This document shows, piece by piece, positions 1-12,406 of a stretch of DNA of 64,000 nucleotides. The notes below the pieces were generated by a model. The model was not told the DNA's origin, did not search any database, and saw nothing but the letters and a program-made list of their open reading frames with translations. How positions within the stretch are numbered: position 1 is the first letter of the stretch; each line of letters opens with the position of its first letter. Source of the DNA: Macrostomum lignano (lineage: Eukaryota). A program made the translations under genes and the position numbers. The stretch is from positions 186,001 through 250,000 of the forward strand of contig NIVC01000558.1 in assembly GCA_002269645.1 (NCBI GenBank). Direction: 5' to 3'.

Positions 1-2120
1 TGGGATGCTGGATTTGGCCAGTCGATGAGGCTGCAGCGGCCCGATTGGAGGATAGCAGCAGAGGCGACAGGCGCTCACGCGGTCCACAGCGGGTCGGAGA
101 GTCGAACCGTTCTCTGGCCGGGCTGGGCTGGAAGCTGATTGAGGTTGGTAAATTACTGAAGACTATTATAACTTCGAGCTTTAGAGTTTCGAGATTAGAG
201 AAATAAAAATATGCTTACCATATCCTTCACAGATTATATGACCGTTGTCATATTCCACAACTAGTTCAGAGTCAGGATCAGTGCACCTGCAGACATCTTT
301 CAGGTGATAAATCCTTCCTGGTATGAGCTGCATCACGTCTATGTCGGATTCTGGGTCCGTTCTGCCATCCAAATGGCTGAGGCTGTTTCCCCAGCCTTCC
401 GAGTAGCTGCCAACAACAAAAACTTCTTCATTGCGTAGGCGTTGTCTTAGTATGCGCTGCAGGACGTCTGCACACGAGCTCTGAAGGGCAGCTCGGGTCT
501 GCTCAAAGCCAGCCTGCTGGAGGGAACTGTGCAGTTGCTGACTGAATTCTTCTTCGCTGAAATACGTACGAGAAATTGAAAGTGAAACTTGATGTGAATT
601 TTCAGAGTAAAGGATATTTACTGTGCGGCTTTATTGAAGTTATATTACCTCAAGCTGGAACTGCTTTTATCAATTTGTGAAGGCATCGGCTCGTCTTGCA
701 CAGTCCCAACATCTTCTGAATTATCCCTGTCAGATAGGGCCTTCTCAAGAAGTTCAGCTACTATTTTGTGCTTAAATTTTCTAGCCAAGTCTAAAGGTGT
801 CTGGCCATCCCTGTCTGTTGCAGTGACATCAGCAAAGCATCGGAGCAGCGATTTAGTCGCTTCTGGATGTCCATTCTCAGCTGCGGCGTGCAGAGGTGTC
901 TGCCCTGTAGTCGCTCTTGTCGTGTTGACATCGGCACCAGCGTGAATAAGACGCTCAATGGCTTTCCAATAACCGAACTGCGCTGCCAGAAAAATCGGCG
1001 AGCAACCATCGTTCTGCTTCGAATTCACTGGACTGCCTTGAGCTGCTTGAAGAAGCTCGTATAGAGTCGCTTGGTCGCCTCGCTGAGCAGTAATGTGCAG
1101 TGGAGTCTCTCCTGTCCTTGTTTGTGCATCCACTTTTGCTGCTCCAGAGCGCACTAGCAGCCTGGCCACTTCGCTGTGACCCTCTTGAGCGGCAATGTAA
1201 ATCGTTGACACGCCGTCATTGCGCTGATGATCAATGTTAGCCTGCGCTTCAACCAGAGCTTTGATAACTCTTTGATGGCCATTCTGTGCGGCGATGTAAA
1301 CTGGAGACGCACCGTCCACCTCTACAGTGTTGACGTCCGCCTGGGCTGCGATCAGGGCTCGCACTATTGCCAGATTTCCGTTCTGAGCCGCGGTGTGAAT
1401 CGGTTCGCAGCCGTTGCTTGCTTTGACGTTGGCATTGGCGCGGCTCTTGAGAAGCAGCTGAGTAATCTTGAGTTGTCCATTTTGAGCAGCAAAGTGCAAC
1501 GCTGTTTCACCTTTTTTGTTAGTAAGATTCACGTTGGCTGCCGCTTGAATAAGGCTAGCAACAACGCGAGCGTGACCTTCCTGAGTGGCTGCGAGCAGAG
1601 CAGAATTCCCGTTGGTTAGACAACGCCAGTCAAGGTCGACTCCAGCTCTGAGCAGCCGAGCGACAATCTTGGAGTGGCCATTTTGCGCTGCCATGTAGAT
1701 GGGGGTGCAGCCTGCCTCCTGTACAGGATTGAGGTCGGCTCCAGCGGCAATGAGTCGATCTACTACCGCCGTGTGGCCCTTGTCGCATGCGATATGCAGC
1801 GGCGCGTCGCCTGAGTCCCAGCGCGGCAGGTCGGCATTTGCACCGTTTTGAAGCAGCAGCTTGGCGACGCCCGCGTGCCCAAACTCGGCGGCCAGGAACA
1901 GCGGCGTGGCGCCGGCTTCTTGACGTCTATTGACATCGGCTTGAGCTCTCAGCAGCCAGTCGACCACTGCAACTTGACCAGTTGACGAGGCCAAATGAAG
2001 GGCAGCTCCAGAGTTGTCGCCGATGTAGAACATTTTGTCCACGGGAACTCCAGCAGCTATAAAGGCATCGACAACTACTAGATTTCCTGATAGTAGGGCC
2101 TGGAGATACTCTATCTCCAT
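1..2120 (-). CDS. ANK(13)-Mab-21/cGAS-like NTase (cGLR) gene A, 3' end outside window; predicted exons 2120-649, 556-219, 134-<1
   Basis: The 491-aa ORF has 13 TPLH-type ANK repeats and ends at AG|GTAATA (phase 2). Acceptor TTTCAG| at 557 restores the frame to ...VVGSYSEGWGNSLSHLDGRTDPESDIDVMQL. Donor G|GTAAGC at 218 and acceptor AATCAG| at 135 lead into PAVDRVSACRLCCYPP. Intron positions and phases match gene B. Confidence 0.88.
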
Positions 2121-2545
2121 GTTGCTGACCTATTCTTAAAATTTACTCTTTAATTTCTGCACTTGATCTGTGCCAAGAGCCTATCGAAAAAAGTGGGCTT
2201 CAGAGCTACGCCTGAAATAATTGCACCATTAGTGCTTATTAATTGTAATGCCGCGAACAAGGTACTCCCGCCGTACATTTTTCTCTCTATCCTAGGTCGC
2301 GCACGTTTCTGCGTACAGAAGTGTACGCCAAAAAGACAGAAATGGCAGGGAGAAAGAAACTACGAGTACTGGCATTCATGTGCATTTACCCGAGCGCTTT
2401 TTTCAAATTCAACTAATCCAGTGCATTACTTGCAGCGATGCAGTACAAATAGACTATCATGGCTCGCTTACTGTCTACAGCTCTTTAGCCATCGCAATTC
2501 TCAAAGAGGGTCTTACTTTGCTAATAATTTGCAAAAAACGCTGAC
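2121..2545. promoter_or_regulatory. Putative bidirectional promoter between divergent ANK-cGLR genes A and B
   Basis: Only 425 bp separate the two opposite-facing ATGs (2120 minus, 2546 plus). Position is the only evidence; no motif was assigned. Confidence 0.45.
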
Positions 2546-5500
2546 ATGCAAGCTAAAAAAGAATTTCTGGACGCAATCAAGACGGAGAATTTGCAGATAG
2601 TTGATAAGCACCTTTCACAGAAGCTAATAGAGCTAAATGAGGAGATCAGATATTGCTCAGGCCGTACAACTCCACTGCACCTAGCCTGCTATCTCGGTCG
2701 CTACGCAGTCGTTGACAGGCTCATCAAAGCGCAGGCGGATGTCAACTTGTTGACAAGCAGGAACGAATCGCCGTTATTCTTTGCGGTGCAGAATGGCCAC
2801 CTCAAAGTGGTTGATCTGCTAATCAGGGCTCAGGCCGATTTGGATATCCAGCAGTTTCAAGGGGCGAGCCCGATGCACATTGCCGCTCAAGACAATTGGC
2901 CCGATGTTGTGTACCATCTGGCTCGGTCTCAAGCCGACTTGAATCTCAGACAAAGCAACGGTTGTTCGCCGCTGTACATCGCCTGCCAGGATGGCTCAGT
3001 CGAATTCGTTAGGAAATTAATCAAGGCCGGTGTCGATGTGAACCTGCAAACAGAGTCTGGTGAGACACCCCTGCTTGCTGCTGTACAGTTCAATCACCGT
3101 GGAATTGTCAGACAGCTGCTGGACGCACATGCAGATGTGAATTTGCCTGACGACGAGGGCTGGTCACCGATTTTCATGGCGTCACAAGAGGGTTATTTGA
3201 AAGTGCTTCAGATGCTGATTGCAGCTCAAGCTGATGTCGATCTTCTCTCTAAAGACGAGACAACAGCGCTCTTCATTGCGGCAAAAGCTGGTCAGTATCA
3301 CATAGCCAAAGCACTTGTACTAGCGCAAGCTGACGTCAATTTACAGACTCGAAATGGTAGGTCCGCGCTTTTCATTTCGGCAGAAAAGGGCAATCAAAAA
3401 CTTTTGACCTTTCTGCTCAACGCGCAAGCTGATCCGGACGCACAAACTTGTGACCAAAAATCACCTTTGCATGCAGCAACTGTGAATGGTCATAGACAGG
3501 TGGTACAGATATTAATTAAGGCAATGGCAAACTTGGATTGTCGGACTGAACAGTCAATGACACCTCTCATTCTTGCCACTCAAGCTGAAAGCCGTCACAT
3601 TATTGAGCTTCTTATCAATTCGCAAGCAGATCCGAATACTCCAGGATTATCAGGAGAAACTGCTCTTCATGCTGCGCTAAACAGAGCCTCTTGCGAATTG
3701 AGCAGCCTCCTAATTACAGCACGCTCAAATCTAGATATTCTGGACGATCAGGGGTTCGCTCCAATCCATTTAGTCTCTAAGCATGGTGATTGCAAGTTAT
3801 TGCAAGCATTGGTTTCAGCTAACGCCGATGTAAATTTTCGATCTCGGTCAGGAGCTACTGCCGCTTACATGGCAACGCAAGAAAATCATATCAACGTGCT
3901 TAATTTGCTTATTACGGCTCAATCTGACCTAAATCTCGGAGCTGTGGAGCAGGCAACACCACTCTACATTGCCTCGCAGGATGGTCTCCAAGAATCTGTT
4001 AAGACACTCATAAAAGCACAAGCAAACATTAATACACGAGTGCTTACCGGTCAGTCACCTTTATACATTGCCTGCCAAAAAGGACACGAAAAAGTTGTCA
4101 ATGAGTTATTGAAGGCACAAGCCGATGTTGAACTGCAAGACGAAAGAGGCTTCTCGCCTTTATACATGGCCGCACAGTTTGGCCATAGCGAAGTCGTCAA
4201 AGCTCTGATAAAGTCGCAAGCAGATGTGAATGTCCTCTGGAAATTTTCTCTAGCACCTTTGCACATTGCAGCGCAAGAGAATCACCAGGAAACTGTTGAC
4301 TTGCTTATCCGAGCCCAGGCCAATGTCGACGTCCAGAGGGATACTGGAGAGTCGCCGCTCCACTTGGCAGTGCACTGGGGTCACGTAGGAGTTGTGTCTT
4401 CCCTCCTGACGGGCCAAGCCGAAGTAGATCTTCAAGAAGTCGGAGAGGGATATTCGCCTCTTTTGATATCTAGCCAACAGGGTCACACTGACATTACCAA
4501 CTTGCTTCTGAGCTCTAAAGCAGATTCGGATATTCGAACCAAGAGTGGCAAGTCGCCGCTGCACATTGCCGCAAAGTCAGGTCATGATCGAGTAGTTGAG
4601 CTGCTGCTTGAAGCCAGATGCACGATCAGGCCACACGCACTTGATGGAAATACGCCTTTGGAGTTGTCCCTCGCTCAAAACCATCTGCCTGTAGCTAGAC
4701 GACTCAGAAGGGCTCAAGAAAATTTCGATTATTGCGCTGCAGACTCTGAAGTAATAAAAGACAGTACTGATATTCCACCTGTTCTTCAGCCAGAAGCGAA
4801 CTTATCTAGTAAACGTTTTGAACAGAATTCAAAACGTTTCAGAACTAAACCTTACTTAGTAAGGTTTGAAAACCTTACTAAGTATGGGTAAGTTTTGTTC
4901 CATTTTATGAAACAGGTATTTTAGCTGTAATTTTTATCACATGTACGAGAAGAATACTAAGGAGAAATGTCTAACTTGACTAAACTTCAGACCACAACCC
5001 GAAGACACAGAACTCAGTCTGCAGCTACACGCAGCACTAACCAAGTCGGGATTTTCCGAAACCAGAGCCGCAATGCAGAGTGCAATGGCCGACGTACTGG
5101 AAACAATTCTAAGAAACCGACTGAATGACAATGAGGTCTTCGTAGTGGGAAGCTACTCCGAGGGCTGGGGCAACAGTCTAACACGTATGGACGGTAGAAC
5201 TGATTTTGAATCCGACATTGACGTAGTTCAGCTAATGCCTGGCCGATTGTATAACGTGAGACGCTTCTGCCAATGCCCGAATGCTAACAGTCGACAAACA
5301 ACAAGTTACTACAACGGGCATATAGAATGTGAAGGATTTGGTGAGGGTTCAATGATTATGAGCTTAAATTTAGTATTTTGGTCATCTAGAAAGGACTTTA
5401 TATTATACTCGTAATTCTGCTTCCCAACTTTAGCGTCAAACCCAGCCCGGCCAGAGAACGGTTCGACTCTCCGACCCGCCGTGGACCGCGTGAGCGCCTG

Positions 5501-6761
5501 TCGCCTCTGCTGCTATCCTCCAATCGGGCCGCTGCAGCCTCATCGACTGGCCAAATCCAGCATCCCACAAACGGTGCTGCAGTCTCTCACAAGCGAGCTC
5601 GAAGCCTCGCCCTGTCACGTGGTTCACGCGGCACCTCCTGGACAAGCCGGCAAGCAGCTCCGAGTGAGCACCACCTTCTTAGAGAGACGCCTGCTACGGA
5701 GTCTCACGACTCTGCAGGGCCAGCTGTTCGTCACGCTCAAGTTTCTGGTCAAGAAGGTGATCGGTCGCAGAGTTCACGGTCTGAAGGCGTATCACGCGAA
5801 GACGGTCACGTTCCGAATGCTTGAAGAGACACCAGAAGAGCAGTGGAAGCCGGAGAACCTTATGACACTCATCCGTCGATCGGTGCAGATGCTGTTGGAC
5901 AGTGTCGAGACGAGTCGTTCCGCTGACAATACAGATGGCCGAATAATGGAGCATTTCTTCTTGAGCGATGCGGCTTTGTATCTGAAGGGTGCCGATCGCA
6001 GCAGTTTTGAAGAGATCGTGCAAGTTCTTCGAGACGTGATCGACCACTTGCCCCAGCTGCTGATGAGCTTCAATGAATATCTGAAACCCGTCAGTGCTGA
6101 AGGCATGTTTTACTTTCATCCGTTCTTCATACTACCTATTCTTTTGTGGAACCCGGATCAAAAGTCGAACGAGCCTGCGTATCATAAAGTGTATAATTTA
6201 GTAAGGGAATCTTTACTTAGTCTCTTTGAAGTTAACCATGAAGGTGGCGAGGCTCTTACTACTCTGTTTGAGCAGTTAGACAGGTTGCCATATTGCGCTC
6301 GATCAGCCCGGCAGAGTCTCAAAGCTTTGAGCTGCCTTATGTTTGACGACCTGAGCACCGCCGTGGAGTTTCTGACGGACTGCCGAGCTCACCAGGTTTG
6401 CCGTTGTCTTGCATGGCCCAGTGACAGGCCAGCTGCTGAGGCAACTGAAAGCATCGTGTGGAGGCATTTAGAAACCCAGGATTCGGCGTGGAAGTTTTGC
6501 TTCAAATTCGGACAGCGACATAAATTTCAGTTTCGAGTGAAAAGTGATTTTTACGACTTCATTTCTGAATGCTTCCCGTTGCCGATGGAAAACTTTGAGA
6601 ACTTTTACTATATGAACTTTGAGGCCCTGCTTCAGTGCCTGCGACTGGAACTGACACCCGGCGACTACCAAGCTGTCAACTGGCTCAAGGAAATCTCTCA
6701 ACGTGACGACGCTGATGAAGTGGAGCAGAGAATTCTTTCAAGGTATCAACATTTGATTTGA
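2546..6761 (+). CDS. ANK(21)-Mab-21/cGAS-like NTase (cGLR) gene B; predicted exons 2546-4887, 4991-5340, 5434-6761 (about 1339 aa)
   Basis: 21 ANK repeats. Intron 4888-4990 (GG|GTAAGT..TTCAG|A) and intron 5341-5433 (G|GTGAGG..TTTAG|CG) give one open frame. It carries the NTase motif GS-x20-DID, a third acidic residue in VDRV, and the Mab-21 C-terminal lobe signatures LRVSTTFLERRLL, LKAYHAKTVTF, W(KPE)NL and HFF. Confidence 0.9.
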
Positions 6762-7399
6762 GAAGATTTCAATGCTGCTAACAATCACTTGTTTTATGAT
6801 GATGATGATTAAACCTAAACCTACTACTGCAAGTAGGTAAATCAAGAAGGTCGACAATTTTCCACCACATTTTAGACATCATAGATTTCGTTGACGATTT
6901 CGAAGATGATGTAATAAAAGTGAACAAAAGAAACCCAAAAGTAGTGCGCTGACGGAATTCGTCACAATTCACAGAGCTCTACTAATTTATCTACTTAAAA
7001 AATTAGGAAGTTAAAATATGTTTTATTATTTTATAGACTTATTGTGTATACACACTTCTACGAGCTATTAACTATAATTTTATTAAACTCTGTGTATTTG
7101 TTTTAATGCACTTAAGAGTTAGCTAGATATTATACAACCTGTTTAAATGAATGCGATCAATGAAGATCCTTGTTCTCTTGTTTTCATTTTCCCTTTTGTC
7201 CTAATCTTGTAGCTTTAGATTTTTTGTACCTTCTTGATTAAGATTTTTAATCTCTTACCAAGAGCCCTAAGAGTCGCCGTAAGTATCCCACGCACTTATT
7301 GGTACTGAAAAGTCGACTTACAATAAATAATAAACGATTTATATCCAGTTGTTTTGTGACGTTGCTTTGACTTTTCTGAACTCTCCTCAAATGTCAAGA

Positions 7400-7680
7400 C
7401 CACTGCGTTATCAGTAGGAAACTAACATCACACACTACTGTCAGAGTATTTAAAGCAGAACGTTTTCGGGTGACTGTAAAGTAACATGTTTGCGATCATA
7501 AACGTGCGAGTGTAGCATAATGCCGTTATCTTACAGAAGCAGTGCCCGCTATTCAACAAGTAGCAATATTGTTGACTTAACGAAAGCATTACGATCGCTA
7601 CAAGTTCTCCTGGTAAGCGCGCCTGCAAGGCTGGATTCTTAATCTAGTTCGAAAGTTTCCGAGTTAAATAGTGGCACGTT
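7400..7680. repeat. Diverged ~300-bp element shared with 15840-16130 and 49240-49520
   Basis: Shared blocks CACACTACTG, GTGACTGTAAA..AACATGTTTGCGATCA, AAGCAGTGCCCGCTATTCAACAAGTAGCAAT, CATTACGATCGCT and TTTCCGAGTTAAATAGTG. It always lies downstream of the minus-strand ANK exons. Confidence 0.7.
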
Positions 7681-7726
7681 GTTTAATTAAAATTTTTTAT
7701 CGTTTTTTCAATAATTTTCGGCTTAC

Positions 7727-8579
7727 CTTAGATGTCAGGCCCAAGATTAGACCACCGATAGTCACCACCAAGCGCATCTTCCTACAATTTAAGACAATTT
7801 TAATGTAAACTTCTACTTTTCTGCATGATTCGGCAGGATCCGTAGGATGAAAACGTTTTTATTGGCTGCCATGCATTATGCAGCTCGATTTAAGTCAACA
7901 GAACTATATACCATTAATAGTACAGTTTCAAGAGCCAGCTACTCAAGCTACTCACCTCTCAATGTACCCAGCCAGCTCTTCATGCCCATTGCGCGTCGCA
8001 ATGTCTACAGCTGTCAGACCGTTGAGGTCCTTCAGGCCAAGCAGGCGTTTTCGTTCGTTCTTCGGCTTCTCGGGTCCTTTGCCGCCATTCTGCTTAGGCG
8101 AGTCCGAACTCTCAGCTTCCTTCTTGTCGGTCTCTGTCCACTCAATGTGACTCCACTGCCGCAGCAGATGCAGCAGGTGCTTGGCGCAGCTCCAGCTTCC
8201 GGTTTGAGCCGCCTTCATCAGCGGGGTCAGGCCTTGGCTGTTCTGCAGCCACTTAGCATTGAAAGGCATCAGCGCCAGAAGCCGCACGTTGTCCTGTCGG
8301 GCTGCCAAATGCGCAGCCGTGTTGCCCGACTCGTCAATCGCTTTGGTATCGGCGCCAAGTTTAATTAAGTACAAAATGCACTTTTCAGCCTGAGCTGGAA
8401 TTCTTGGCGAGTCGGCTGCTAGCATGAGAACGGTACGGTTGGCCTGATCGGTTGTCGTCACGAGCTGACTGGTTGCCAGCCGCTGCACCTGGTCAAAGTC
8501 ACCTTGAATGACCAGCTGTGCGACAGTCTGGAGCCGAGCAGTGGTTGCAGGTGCATGCATTACCAATTGTATCTGACAT
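7727..8579 (-). CDS. Ankyrin-repeat exon (8579-7956, symmetric phase 2-2, 624 nt) plus 55-nt exon (7781-7727); duplicated 3' part of a minus-strand gene
   Basis: Acceptor TTTTTGTTCGTCCTGCTGTAG|, donor AG|GTGAGT. ANK motifs RTVLMLAA, GNTAAHLAA, GLTPLMKAA and GLTAVDIA. The small exon is bounded by TTGTAG| and AAG|GTAAGC. Paralogues lie at 16.2-16.9 kb and 51.7-52.5 kb. Confidence 0.7.
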
Positions 8580-9528
8580 CTACAGCAGGACGAACAAAAA
8601 CAGTCGATATTAAATTATCAAATCTTAACCCAGGAAAGAGGTTTAACAAAACGGACCTACTAAACTAGACTAGGCTCTGATAAACTACATTAAACTGCAT
8701 ATTATACAGAAAATGTAGAAATATTTTAAAATGTGAGTCTTTTAAGGGACAATATATTATCTATACACATGCTGCTATTACTTATGTTTCATCTACCACT
8801 TCAATATTATCTACCAAATTTCATAGATTGACACATGATTTAAATATGATCATAACACATGTTCATGATTTACATTGCGACTCTGCATTGTCATCCATTA
8901 GTGATCTGACAGAAACATTGAAACAGCAATACTTTTATTTGAGCAATGCAGATGAAAAACTAGATTATTAATGCAGAACGGCTGAGTCAGTCTGTTGCAC
9001 CGGATAAATAATGTACATGTAACTGCACTGGCTGTGTGAGCAGTCAGCTACCTGAAGAAAGGCTGTGTGAGTCAGCACCAACCTCACGCGCCTGTGATGG
9101 ACTGTTTCTAATTTTCTAAGGGTAGTCCAACGTATTCGAAATAACAAATCAGTATTCAATTTTCACTTTCATCGCCGCTAAAAAGCTATGCATCGCAAAC
9201 AAAATCTGATTGCCTGTTGCTTCTAGACTTCTTGAAGACAAAAATACAAAAAGAAAGGTGGAGCATCTGGTCAGTGGGTCAAAGCGAGGGTGAATTTCTG
9301 AATTCTGTCAGTTGACATGCGCGCACATGCAGCTGGCTAAGAGAGGCCAGTGAGCAGGACTAAACGGAACCCGAGCTGAGCGAGCAGTTGCTACTCAATG
9401 CAACAGAATGCTTGAGAAGCCAGTTTTTTATAAGCCAAAGGCAGGACAGTGAAAGTGATGGAGAGGCTGACTCGAATGTGCAATAGAATTGAATTTTTAC
9501 AGATGCGCAACAAAACAACAAAAGCTGG

Positions 9529-9572
9529 GCAGAGAGAGAGAGAGAGGGAGAGAGAGAGAGGGAGAGAGAGGG
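9529..9572 (+). repeat. (GA)n microsatellite (duplicated at about 19224-19265)
   Basis: AGAGAGAGAG... with occasional GG interruptions. Confidence 0.9.
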
Positions 9573-9944
9573 AATGAGTGTTGCAAAGTGAAGTGCACCG
9601 AAGAGACACTGGAAAATTCCAAAACTGAGCGCCCACCCCCAAGAGCGCAAGGCGCATAGCGAATCTTCAGGTGCAAACGAATTTCTGGAAAATACAATGC
9701 AGCTCTTCTCTTTAATGGAAAATGATATTCTTTTGAGTACTATGAGTAGCGAATTGTAAGCGATATTGTTTTCGGAGATTTAAAAGTATTTTTGACCTGG
9801 ACGACTATATACCCAATAGGGCCAAGAAGTGATGAAAGTTATGAACTGATGAAGTGATTGGATTGATGACAGCTGTTTTATTCGCGATTTTGGGGGTATT
9901 TGGGTGTCCAATCAGTATAGATATTTGGCCCCTCCCATTCGCCA

Positions 9945-11115
9945 GCCCTGCCCCCCATCCTGCATCCCAGCCTGTCTCTCTCCCTGCCCCCCATCCTACA
10001 TCCCAGCCTGTCTCTCTCCCTGCCCTTCACCCTGCATCCCAGCCTGTCTCTCTCCCTGCCCCCCATCCTAAATCCCAGCCTGTCTCTCTCCCTGCCCCTC
10101 TCCCTGCCCCCAAGCCTGTCTCTCTCCCTGCCCCTCACCCTACATCCCAGCCTGTCTCTCTCCCTGCCCCTCACCCTACATCCCAGCCTGTCTCTCTCCC
10201 TGCCCCTCACCCTACATCCCAGCCTGTCTCTCTCCCTGCCCCCCATCCTACATCCCAGCCTGTCTCTCTCCCTGCCCCTCACCCTACATCCCAGCCTGTC
10301 TCTCTCCCTGCCCCTCACCCTGCATCCCAGCCTGTCTCTCTCCCTGCCCCCCATCCTACATCCCAGCCTGTCTCTCTCCCTGCCCCCCATCCTACATCCC
10401 AGCCTGTCTCTCTCCCTGCCCCTCACCCTGCATCCCAGCCTGTCTCTCTCCCTGCCCCTCACCCTACATCCCAGCCTGTCTCTCTCCCTGCCCCTCACCC
10501 TACATCCCAGCCTGTCTCTCTCCCTGCCCCTCACCCTACATCCCAGCCTGTCTCTCTCCCTGCCCCTCACCCTACATCCCAGCCTGTCTCTCTCCCTGCC
10601 CCTCACCCTGCATCCCAGCCTGTCTCTCTCCCTGCCCTCCATCCTACATCCCAGCCTGTCTCTCTCCCTGCCCCTCACCCTACATCCCAGCCTGTCTCTC
10701 TCCCTGCCCCTCACCCTGCATCCCAGCCTGTCTCTCTCCCTGCCCCCCATCCTACATCCCAGCCTGTCTCTCTCCCTGCCCTTCACCCTGCATCCCAGCC
10801 TGTCTCTCTCCCTGCCCCTCACCCTACATCCCAGCCTGTCTCTCTCCCTGCCCCTCACCCTACATCCCAGCCTGTCTCTCTCCCTGCCCCCATCCTACAT
10901 CCCAGCCTGTCTCTCTCCCTGCCCCTCACCCTGCATCCCAGCCTGTCTCTCTCCCTGCCCCCCATCCTACATCCCAGCCTGTCTCTCTCCCTGCCCCCCA
11001 TCCTACATCCCAGCCTGTCTCTCTCCCTGCCCCTCACCCTGCATCCCAGCCTGTCTCTCTCCCTGCCCCCCATCCTACATCCCAGCCTGTCTCTCTCCCT
11101 GCCCCTCACCCTACA
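9945..11115 (+). repeat. 36-bp minisatellite, about 32 units
   Basis: Unit CCTACATCCCAGCCTGTCTCTCTCCCTGCCCCTCAC. It explains the spurious PHPTSQPVSLPA and GCRVRGRERDRL ORFs. Confidence 0.95.
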
Positions 11116-11137
11116 TCAAAGCCTTTCATGACATGGA

Positions 11138-11399
11138 TGAGCAATGGCTGTGTGCATGAGATGTGGGTCATGGCACATGGGCAATGGCTGTGTGCATGAG
11201 ATGTGGGTCATGGCACATGAGCAATGGCTGTGTGCATGAGATATGGGTCATGGCACATGAGCAATGGCTGTGTGCATGAGATGTGGGTCATGGCACATGG
11301 GCAATGGCTGTGTGCATGAGATATGGGTCATGGCACATGAGCAATGGCTGCGTGCATGAGATATGGGTCATGGCACATGAGCAATGGCTGCGTGCACAT
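11138..11399 (+). repeat. 40-bp minisatellite, about 6.5 units
   Basis: Unit GAGCAATGGCTGTGTGCATGAGATGTGGGTCATGGCACAT. Confidence 0.93.
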
Positions 11400-11692
11400 A
11401 CTTTACATTGCTGCACTGCAGTGCCATCCAATATTGATGTGGCAGAGAAATTGAAACAGCAATGATTTCATCTGAGCAATGCAGGTGAATAAAAACGATT
11501 AATGCAGAACTGCTGTGTCAGTCTGTTGCACCAGATAAATAATTCCAAAGATTATCAAAGGTGGATTACAAAATGCACACCTGAACTGTGGATAAAGATT
11601 AGCAAAATAAGCCGTGAGTACAAATGCAAAATTATTAATAAATTTATAACTAAACTGCATTTGAGCACAAAGTGCCATTGATGAGGTGCCAC

Positions 11693-12220
11693 AGCAGGGT
11701 GAATTGAAGGCAGCAAAGTCAGACACAAATTCATGCAGATTGCAGTCAAGCGAGCCATATTCAGTACTTGCAGTAGCACAGCTGGGTGAATTGAAGGCAG
11801 CAAAGTCAGACACAAATTCATGCAGATTGCAGTCAAGCGAGCCATATTCAGTACTTGCAGTAGCACAGCTGGGTGAAGTGAAGGCAGCAAAGTCAGACAC
11901 AAATTCATGCAGAATGCAGTCAAGCGAGCCATATTCAGTACTTGCAGTAGCACAGCTGGGTGAAGTGAAGGCAGCAAAGTCAGACACAAATTCATGCAGA
12001 TTGCAGTCAATCGAGCCATATTCAGTACTTGCAGTAGCACAGCTGGGTGAAGTGAAGGCAGCAAAGTCAGACACAAATTCATGCAGATTGCAGTCAATCG
12101 AGCCATATTCAGTACTTGCAGTAGCACAGCTGGGTGAAGTGAAGGCAGCAAAGTCAGACACAAATTCATGCAGATTGCAGTCAAGCGAGCCATATTCAGT
12201 ACTTGCAGTGACACAGCTGG
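11693..12220 (+). repeat. 87-bp minisatellite, 6 units
   Basis: Units recur at about 11694, 11781, 11868, 11955, 12042 and 12129 (GCTGGGTGAAGTGAAGGCAGCAAAGTCAGACAC...). Confidence 0.93.
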
Positions 12221-12406
12221 CTGCACCGGATGCAGACTTGGTCAGTGAAATGCGGGATGCTCAGGCGGTGACCTCAGCGGCTCATTCGGAAAATCCCTGA
12301 CAGCTGCGGGATTAAAAATGTTGTTTAATCAGCTCAAGGGTGTCAAATGAATGTCTGCAAAGAATGGACTGCCTCATTGGAGCCTCTGAATTGACCTGAA
12401 CTACAA

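Noticed and set aside
645-4891. Bacterial endosymbiont (Wolbachia/Legionella-type) ankyrin effectors
   Set aside because: Consistent spliceosomal introns with conserved phase link the ANK ORFs to downstream exons, and the surroundings are eukaryotic repeats.
9854-11131. 425-aa Pro-rich 'signal peptide + PHPTSQPVSLPA' ORF and antisense GCRVRGRERDRL ORFs
   Set aside because: These are by-products of a 36-bp repeat. The duplicate at 19.6-20.8 kb has many 35-bp units that break the frame, so there is no coding constraint.
11499-12300. 200-220-aa ORFs on both strands
   Set aside because: They come from an 87-bp unit (a multiple of 3) whose copy number differs 6 versus 2 between duplicates; no domain signal.
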